Source of the DNA: Amoebidium appalachense | Taxonomy: Eukaryota; Protista; Ichthyosporea | Length of the DNA stretch: 64,000 nucleotides | Assembly: GCA_963693365.1 (NCBI GenBank) | Contig: CAVNZM010000013.1 | Coordinates: forward strand, 7,936,940-8,000,939 | Reading direction: 5' to 3' | In this document: one piece after another, positions 31,023 to 64,000 of the stretch | Position numbering within the stretch: position 1 is the stretch's first letter | How the letters are laid out: the number at the start of each line of letters is the position of its first letter | Program-made: the position numbers and the translations under genes | The notes under the pieces: model-generated | Told to the model about the DNA's origin: nothing | Databases searched by the model: none | Seen by the model: only the letters and a program-made list of their open reading frames with translations

Positions 31023-31781
31023 GGGGGTGCCTCATCAGTCCCCGCCCGTTTTGTCATATTCAAGGTTAGGCAGCTTCATTATAGGCCCAAAAAGGCACTT
31101 TGTAATTGGTATAAATGTTAAGCACCGAAATTGAGGGATTCTTAGAGAGATCACCAAAGATCCATATTTGCGGTAAGCACTTTTCTTTGGCTAAAACCAG
31201 CATCAACGTTCCATTCAATGTCTTAGGGGTGGTTGAAGCTTTGATTCGCGTCTATTGCCTGAGGTATTGCCTAAAAGCCAGGTCGCAGAAACGTGCAACT
31301 AAATAGCCAAGTAGTGACCGAGTCAACCATGCACAATGCTTACTTACCCTGGGACTTCAAGGTAGCAAGGGCGGTTGACGAGCAAAGATACACAAGGCTT
31401 TATTCATTACCCCAAAACAAGTCGAAGGCAAAGCGCTTTCAAGGGCTAGAATTTTGTATACACGCTTCTTTATTTCGAACCTCGCCAACCACCGTGTTTG
31501 ACTACTCCAAAAGGCACCAAAGAACTTTCTGTTGACAGGTAGTGCAGAGCCAAAAGCACGAAGGTGCTGTGCAAGCCACACGAAGAAGCAGCCGATGTTA
31601 GCACCTGAATGGAAGAACGTAAACCAAGCCTCCCTTGCCGCTGTCGCCTGAAACTAACAGTCAAGCCTGTCTAAAGCCTGGTTCTGCTCCACTACTTCTA
31701 CTCCACCTACTGAGCCCGTACTAGCCCGTTTATCTCCTTGCATGTCAAGCTGGCTTCAACCGAAATTGTGATATCACAGTT

Positions 31782-31828
31782 TTTCGCGCCAAAACAAAGG
31801 TAACCAATCATACACATTATAAATTGGC
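31782..31828 (-). promoter_or_regulatory. E2F site (TTTCGCGCCAAA) plus two CCAAT boxes upstream of the Speedy-like gene
   Basis: TTTCGCGCCAAA at 31782-31793, CCAAT at ~31804 and ATTGG at ~31823. Minus-strand 5'UTR splice donors at ~31347 and ~31604 place the TSS nearby. Confidence 0.6.
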
Positions 31829-33104
31829 CATTTTTGGAAATCAACATTCCATCATATGATTCACCCGCACGGCCGTCTCGAAAAATTCTATTTTGAGCGT
31901 TCTAATTTTAGTAACATTCTTACATTTTGGTAGCATCAATATCCCCCTGCGCGGGTCGCTGGCGTCGCGACGGCGGATCAGGCACGTATGAGGCTCAAAA
32001 GGGCTCAAAAGTGCCACTGGCATGAAAACTTGGACTGCAAACCAAGCTTAGGTGGTTCGTCGAGACCGTTAAACGCTTGAATGTGAAAAAAATCCACCGG
32101 TGCTACAGATAATAATGCCTATTTGTAAACATGTAGGCACAGGCAACCAAGTATTTTGATGATGGCGGTATTCAAGCAGTCACGTTATTCCGGTCTTCCT
32201 GCCCCACATGTGTACACACCTGAGGCAGAGGTCCGACATAGTTCTTTACTCAGTGACATGGGCATACGCTGCAATTGCGGGGGCAAACAGAATTTAAAGT
32301 TCGTTGCCGCACATGATCACACAATAGCGCACTCGTGACAAAAACAACTTTAATAGTGCCTTGTCTTGGAAATTTAGATCATTATATCCCCTCCTCCTCC
32401 TTAGTCCCCCCCCTCCCCCCCCCCCCCCCCCCCCCCCAACCCACCACCACCACCACCCCCACCCACCCACCCACCTAAAACCTACCACCACTATCACCCA
32501 CAAAAACACACCCACGTACAGCAATCACACAAATGGTACATCACAAAATTTACACACCTGACTGGTTCAACTCGAAACCCAACGAACGTATAGCATGAAA
32601 AATGAGCATGGCAAACATGTTGGTCATGACAACACATGGCACGAAGGCTTGTAAGTTCCCATACATAAGTACTTTTCTGCTGTGTCTTCGGCACAAAATC
32701 TGAGTTATCTATGATAGCCGGCAAGTAAAATGCATGCAAGCATGTCAAGCCTAATGACAAAATCTGTGATGGGCTGCAAGATTGGGACGTTACCATACGA
32801 TTCTTTCATGCCGCAACAGGATAAAAACACAACCACAGCCAACCTTTGAACCCCCCACCTTGCTGTCACAATACAATGTCGATGCGGACCAGCGCATTTT
32901 CTTTTGTGGGTTACGTAACAGGAGGGGCTAGCAGTGGGTATATCGGAGAAAAGGATTCGTGGGCCTTAACTAACCAAACACAAGGCCAGGAAAGAAGAAG
33001 AGGTGATTGAGTATGTTGGGTGGTCATTTTTTTCAGTGGTCCATCCAACAAATCTCAACACACCAAGTACCAACAGAGGGTTGGACAACAAAACAGCAGA
33101 GAGT

Positions 33105-44844
<11,740 letters not shown>

Positions 44845-45267
44845 TGCTAATGCCCAGCGGCATAAGTGCCGTCCAATTCCTATGTGCACCGCCTAGTTCT
44901 AGCCTTGCCTGTGTGTTTCGAGCCGCGTAAAAGTTGTCTATAATACACTAGCCTTGAGACTAAGACAGTCCCAAAAACGGAACCTCTTTGGGTGCACACG
45001 GAATGCACCGCTGGCGCTATGCGTCATCTTCTCTGTTTGCGTAAACGCAGACATGTACAGCGATTCACTGATGGCTGACATGATGACGTCACAGACCTCC
45101 CTGCCAGTGCCGGGGACAGGGCGCCGGCTAGCACTGTCCCAGTCGTTGGTGCTGGCGACACAAGTGCGCAGGCCTAGGTGCGTGGGTTGGCTGCGCCAGC
45201 TGCAAACCTCCTTAACTAGGCCAGTAGCAGGGGGCAATTGTGTTTGTGTGTAAGCGCCGACAGGAGA

Positions 45268-50996
<5,729 letters not shown>

Positions 50997-53599
50997 GCTG
51001 ATTGGACACCTGGACCACATGCACACGTGATATGTGTACAGGCGTGGGTCTGTGTGCACACACACAAACACACATGCAAGCGCATACTACGTGCGTTCGG
51101 GCGCACACAACACACACACACACACACACACACATGAACACAGGCACGCAGGCACACACACAAACACATACAACCTCACACACGTTAATATGGAGTATGT
51201 AGGTGGACATACACGAGTGACCTCTGCATGGTCACAGTCACACATCCACACCCAAGTAGTTTGTGTGCCATATGCAACGCGTGCCTATACAATAACTGTT
51301 TCTTTAGTATGTATGCCCGTAAGCCCCTTTTGAAGGTTGATCTACCGTAGCTGGTTGATTCTGGTATAGGCTAGAGCTCTATGCGCGTATGCTGAATCTG
51401 TCTGACGCTCGGAGCTTATAGAATGAGACCCCGTATTGTAGTGCAGCGGTTGACTCATGGGGCACCCGGTGGGGGGCAGCTGTTGATTCCTTTTTTGCTG
51501 CAATGCCATTTTTGCTTGTGGTACGGTTTTGTGTATGTGGACTCCACTGGTTTACTGATTGGCATTCACATTCATATGGTATGTTGTGAGGGGGTATGAA
51601 TGAGTAAATCACCTAGACACAGCTCCTGGAATAAAGAATCGTCGGTTATGAGTTGGCCTGTGCAAGGAGCCTCGGTCTGCTGAAGTTCTCTCAGCCCGCC
51701 CCACTATCCCCCCCCCCCCCCCCCCAAACAACCCAACCCAACCCAACCCACCCACCTACTGCACCAGTGGCACCCCACCCACGCATTCTCGGCCCTTCCC
51801 CTCCCCTCCCCCACAAAACCCAACCCATGTGCAACCTCTCCGGCCCCACTTCCCCACCCACCCAACCCAACCTGCCAACCGGGGCCCAACCCTACCCGGC
51901 ACTTCGGGCCACCAACCCATCCCCCCCCCCCCCCCCCCCCCCCCCCCCAGACCCCCAGCTCCGCACCCACAGCACTTCTTCTTTTGTGTGCTTTCTGCTG
52001 CCTGATCACGTACGGCTCCCAGATACTCGTTTTGTTAAATTTTTCTGGCTCACCCATATGCATGCACATTCAAAAGTTCCCGTTGAAGAAGCTGGGGCTC
52101 TTCTTACATAGTGTAATACTGCACAGCATGCTCCCCGTGTGACTTTGAACGTTCAGGATCTAATAGTATATGCGAGGCGCTATATTATGGCTCAATGATT
52201 TTGCCCACCCCGGATCCGGTTCCCTTCACCTTGAGGCTAGCAACTAATATTGCAACTGTGCTGCACGGTAATACTATATATATTTATGTTATGATTAATT
52301 AGTAGCCCCTTTTCCTCCTCCTCCCTCCCCCCCACCCCCCTGGTCCCCCGGATCCCCAGCCTTATAATCGGAATTATGTGAGCTCTTAAGCCTAGCTAGG
52401 GTTTAGATGAATTACTGACTTGACTTGTAAGGGATTATATCATCATGAGACGTGTGCATACAACAACGGCTTTTTGACAAGATGTACATGGGCACCAACA
52501 GACACACACACACACACGTACACCCACACACCCACACACAACACACCCACACCCCACTACACACTCAGATGTCCACACACACACACAGTGCACACAGCCA
52601 GCACACACAGACACATATTACACTACCACACACACAGAAAATTCAAAGCGCACATACACCCAAGTTAATTTACAAGGACATGTATGCATGTGTGAATACA
52701 CATGCAACGAGACCGTGACCATGCAGCCCTAGCTATAGATTCGCATGAGAAAACATATCGACACACACACCGTACAGGCACTGTTATACTTATTGGCAGC
52801 ATGTGTACATTACAGCCTTTTGCTCATGTATAGTAACACGAAGCACACACACCATAATGCATATGTATGAAACACTTGGCCACAAGAATGCACAATAAAA
52901 TGCTCGCTATTTCACTTTTATTCGTGTTAGTCTGCACGATTTATGTTTCCTTACATCCCATTCGACCAACCATTTCAAGTGCTTGTATAACAAGTCAAAC
53001 ACAGCACCCCCCACACATCCAAACAGGTGCATGATCCATAGAATATTTGGTGTAGTTGTTTAGTGCTACGATGTCCACACTAATCCTAAGTTTTATAATC
53101 TATATTAAGTTCATAATCGCGTCTGACGCGGTAACAAGAAAAGAATTATAACAGGTGCTGCTGTCTACGGAACACCAAGATGCACAAGGGTTAAAAAAAA
53201 AAAAAGCTCACAAAGGGGTCTTTGGCTGTGCCTGTCAGGTGCCGAGAAAAGGGCAGAAACACAACATCGGAAGGGGGAAAAGAAAAAGCCTCAGGGGTTG
53301 CTTGTGTTTGACTGTGTGCGTGCGGGCGAGCACCTGTGCGCGCACGCCCACGTGTGTGTGTATGCGTGCGCCAGTGTGTGGTCAAAACACAACCAATTAT
53401 ATGGTGCCTAATGCCGCTTATGGAACATGCACACCAAAAAAAAAAAAACAAAAAAAAAAACAAGAGCCACGTCAGTAAGCAAAAGTGGCATCACTTATAC
53501 AAAAAGATAATTTTCGCGCGTCACACCAAGCCACCGCACTCTAAATAACACCTTATTTAGAGTAGAATAGCCCATCCACCATTTCAAGCACCCCTTGCT

Positions 53600-59941
<6,342 letters not shown>

Positions 59942-62900
59942 CGTGTTTAACTGGTTCGCGCTGGAGTGGCAGAATGTGGATTGCTCAAATCTGTTGGGTG
60001 CAAGGGGGAAAGAGTATGAGTGAGCGAGTGGCATAATTATAGGGGCAGGATCGGTAGAACCACCACCTGTCCATGGTTTGGCCAATTAAGGTAACAATAC
60101 CATGTAGGTGGTGAATGAGATAGACAGCAAGACAACAGCTTCCACAAGAGCCTGGGACCCAACAAAAAAACCAGGCAGGGGACTAATCACATGAAAGAAA
60201 ACAAAATGTAACATAAGAAAAAGAGAGACTGGTTTACACAGAACCAGACTGACATAACAATAGACCAGAAAAGAGTCTTGCCCACAACAAAACAGAAAAA
60301 AGAAGCCTCCGAGTTTGACGGGCATGTCAGCAAAACCAAAGGAGTAAGGGGTCGAGGAGTAAGGGAAACATAGACACAGACCACACACAGACACATCCGT
60401 GGAATGTGAGTGGGTTAGATCTAGAGGTGTCGCAGGACATGTACACTGGTCGCAACTATAGCCCAGCCATTAGCTGAGCGGTGTGTGTGTGTGTGTGTGT
60501 GTGTGTTTGTGTTTGTGTACATGTGTGTGTGTGTGTGTCACAGTGTGCCTGCGCCCTTGTGCGTGTGCGTGTGTGTGGAGGGGATGGGGGAAGGGTGGGT
60601 GGGTGGGTGGGTGGGTGTGGGGGAGGGGGCAGCATGCAGGAGTAAGGAAGAAAAAATACTGTCGGCAGGAAAAAAGTAGAAGATGGACTAACAAGGAAAA
60701 ACGGTAGTGGCATGGACGGTATGCATCTATGGTCTTCTAAAGCATGTTTATGCCTGTTAATGGGGGTCTACGGTCTTAGGGGGAGGGGGGGGGGAGAGGG
60801 GGGAGGGAAGGGGGCGGGGGGAGGGGCTCAGGGAGGTTGGGAGGGGCTGTTGGCAGGGCCGAAGAGCCTATACAAGGATGGCACTAAGCGGCTCTTTGAG
60901 GCTATATGGAGTGTGGGGTGCCACACATAGGTGGCCAGGCAACGGGCAGGGGAAGAGAGGCGAGCGGGCAGGGGGGGGGGGGGGGGGGGGCTCAAATCCA
61001 TAGGGGGGAGGGGAGTTGTGACACAAAGTGTGGGGAGGAACTCCGGGTGTGCGGGGGGGCGGAGGGGGGCGGGAGGGCGGGGGGTGAGGCCCAAAGTTCA
61101 AGGAGGGAGGAGGGGGAGAGGGTTGCAAGACAAAGTGGGAAGAGGGAGGGGGGGGGGGGGAGAGAGAGAGAGAGAGAAAGACCCAAACTGGAGGAAAGGG
61201 GGGGAGAGGGGGGGGGGGTGGGGCTGAGACCAAACAAGTTGAAGACCTGAGATGTGCTTTAGAATCACGAGGAGGGGTATCGAGGGGTTAAATTTGTAAC
61301 TAGGATAGTATGCTTTAGGCAAGAGCAACTCGAGAACATGTTATACTTGGTCATAGTTAACATAAGAGGGATACAGCAGGAGGTTGTGAAAGGGGCCTGA
61401 CAGAGAGACCAGGTCTTGCGGAGCAAAAAGAGCATGAGGGGCCGGGCAAAAACTTGCTGGGGGCAAGAACATGTGACTGTGTGGTCCGATGTTACCGTGT
61501 GTGTGTGTGTGTCAGTGTGCTTGTGTGTGTGCGTGTGTGTGCGTGTGTGTGGCACTGTGTGTGTCTGTGTGTAGCGATGCACGTAGGCGTGAATGTGTGT
61601 TACAGTGTGCACGTGCATGCGACAACTTCAAGTGCGCGTGATTTCAAGTGATACGATACGTGCGCGCTCGTGTGTCTCGTATGACTGTGCATGTGAACAT
61701 GAGTTGTTTTGTGCAGGTGCGTTCTGGGGAGGAATATAGGAGGGGAAGGAGGTGAAGGCCGTGTTTATTTAATAGGCTTAGGCAATAGATTATTATAAGG
61801 GGAGTGTCTCGGTATGGCAGTGTTGGCACGACCACAGTGTGTGTGTCAGTGTCGCTTGCACGGGCTCACGGTTAGAGAGGGATCTGAAGACTGGCACGAG
61901 GAGGCCAAGTGAGGCGAGAAGAAAGAGAAAAAATCAAAAGCCTTACACACACAGGAAAACTATAGGAAAGATCGAACGGGGGAATGAGTAGAAAGAATGC
62001 AGAAGCTGGGGCTGAGTACTACGTCGAGTATGACGACAAACATGGTTGAAAGCTCGGGCAGGAATACCTTTGGAAAACGCTGAGGTGAAGTGGCCTAACA
62101 GCGTGTCGGGGGCAGACGTTAGCTGAGGAAGGGGCTACGTTGGGTCTCTGCCTGCCAACTTGGAAACGACAATATGTGGCAGCCTAAGCTAACGCTGAAA
62201 CCAGGCCCAGCTAGGTGGCGGGTCACGTGGAAACTTTCCAGAAAGTTCTGCGTGCTCAGACTGAGTGCCACTGACGTCTCTGCGATGCGCTCAATAGGGC
62301 TGCGACCCAGGGGTGCAGACAAAGGGGCTACAAGCGGGTGACCACCAACAGTGCACCAAAACGCCTTCAAACATATATGTACACACATACACCGGCGAAC
62401 ACACTTCTCATGATCAGGAGTGAGTCATAAGCGGCAAAGCCTGAGCACGAGAGACTCCTCTCCTTCACCGTGGCTATGGAGTCGGGAGCACGGCGCCGGC
62501 TGCCAGCCTGCCAGGGGCCGCCATCGTGGTCCGGCCGTCATGAGCCTCGAGGCTCATGATCATGGGCCTGGCAGCCGGGCCGCTGGCGTCGGGCCTGGCT
62601 TCAGGCCATGGCCCGATGGTGACTCCGAACCGGCCCTCGGAATCTTCCCTTCCTGGAGCCGAAACAAGGCCTCCTACTCTGACAGAGTACTAGAGGCCTG
62701 GAGCCGAAACCGCCCAGCACTCCGGGGCCAAGCCGGGCCAGGGGCATCCGTCGGTACGCGCGCGTAGGTACGGTACGTGTATGCATACTCAGGGAAAGTC
62801 ACTAGTCGGTCAGCGGCTGCTAACTTACCACCTGTCTGCCTGGCTCGGTGCTACTGCAGCTGGGCTGGGTGCACTAGTACTTGGGGGACCCCCCGAAGAA

Positions 62901-63019
62901 AAAATATAAGAGGGACACCATTCACTGGCTAATCATTCAGAACCATGCACGGGCATGTCATGATCACATCGGAAAGAAAAGGAGACTAGTGTAACGGTAC
63001 CCACCGTGACGGGCCCAGC

Positions 63020-63370
63020 TGCGACGTGTAGACTCGGACTGAATGGTGGTGTGGCCCATGGAACGTACAGTGACTCGCGGTCGACGGTGCTGCCACGTAC
63101 CTAGTCTGGCAGAGTGAAGATCACCGGGGCCGCTCAATAAACCGTGTTACTTTACTTCAAATCAGCGGTGGAGTGAGTCATCGTGCAGCCCGGGACCATG
63201 CGGCTCCGAAACTCTACTAAAAGATTTGACTTTTTGTCACGCTGGCGCAGCACGGTGTGAAGTTTAGCCTTCCGTCGGTGACACACCCCTATTATATCTA
63301 TACCCCGACAAAGTCGACGTCCAATCATCTGGCTATGCCGAGGGTGGCCATCACGAAAACATATGCTCCG
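63020..63370 (-). pseudogene. Degenerate Merlin/IS1595 (ISXO2-like) DDE transposase remnant
   Basis: IIGVCHRRKAKLHTVLRQRDKKSNLLVEFRSRMVPGCTMTHS resembles the recalled ISXO2 segment VFG..ER..K...VV.D....TL...I...V.PG..IHSD. Frameshifted pieces VDRES and GHTTIQSEST resemble FVDPETGAHTNTIES. Match is by eye only. Confidence 0.5.
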
Positions 63371-64000
63371 ACAGTGATCATGAGTCACTAGTAATGCTGA
63401 CTCAGGCAACTTGGCACCTATAGCTAGTGCACGGTCCTGAGGGGCCCGAGTCCCCTCTCAGACGGCCTATACACACTGTACTCAGCCTGTAACGCCGTAT
63501 CCGGAAACTAGCGTGTCCAGCCTTGGCAGTGCAGTCCACGGCCCACTGGGGCCTAGGCCGCATCTGGCAGGCACGTACTTCCGAGCCTCTGTGCCACCCG
63601 GTGGCACGCACTGGCCTGACCATCCCTTGATCCACACACACCGGGATACACTGGGCCATATACGGTGCACGTGACACACTGCAGCTGCTGTAATAACACA
63701 TATTGACACACACAAGCACCATGGCTTAGTCACTAGTACACACAACCCGGTGACACCGCGACAAAAACACACACCGCCGTGCACCGTGACTCACCACGGT
63801 GACCGTGACACCGTGACACACACCTGCGGGCCGTCGGATCCGGACATAACTTGTACTCAGAGCTAGGGTCACGGGTCTGACAGTGTCACCCCATGCGACA
63901 CATGATCATGTTGCCCTCGACCGCCGCGGCACACACCGCCACTGGTGTGCCATTTCAAGCAAGAGCCTCCCGGCTCTCAGCCTGCTCTCTGAGCCTCCGA

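Overview
Eukaryotic genomic DNA in two very different compartments. (1) Bases 1-7012 form an intronless, microsatellite-free island. It holds three orphan coiled-coil/repeat ORFs (two with an identical 13-bp TATA element), a ~1.55-kb TTAGGG-containing minisatellite between two convergent ORFs, several subterminal repeat blocks, and ends in a 371-bp near-perfect GC-rich palindrome (6642-7012) with nested GNA-triloop mini-hairpins. I infer this is the end of a large virus-like or mobile DNA element continuing left of the window; no hallmark viral or transposase gene is visible. (2) From ~8.1 kb on are host genes, most with introns full of poly-G/C and (CA)n: a two-exon Ser/Thr kinase, a Cys-rich putative GPI-anchored protein, a Speedy/RINGO-family CDK activator with an E2F/CCAAT promoter, Cactin and DNAJC17 head-to-head, and an HtrA2-like protease. 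The window ends in decayed DNA carrying a probable Merlin/IS1595-type transposase remnant. Gene content and intron style suggest a non-animal holozoan such as an ichthyosporean, but the organism is an inference. Most long ORFs in the supplied track are microsatellite artefacts. Exon coordinates were read by eye and may be off by a few bases.
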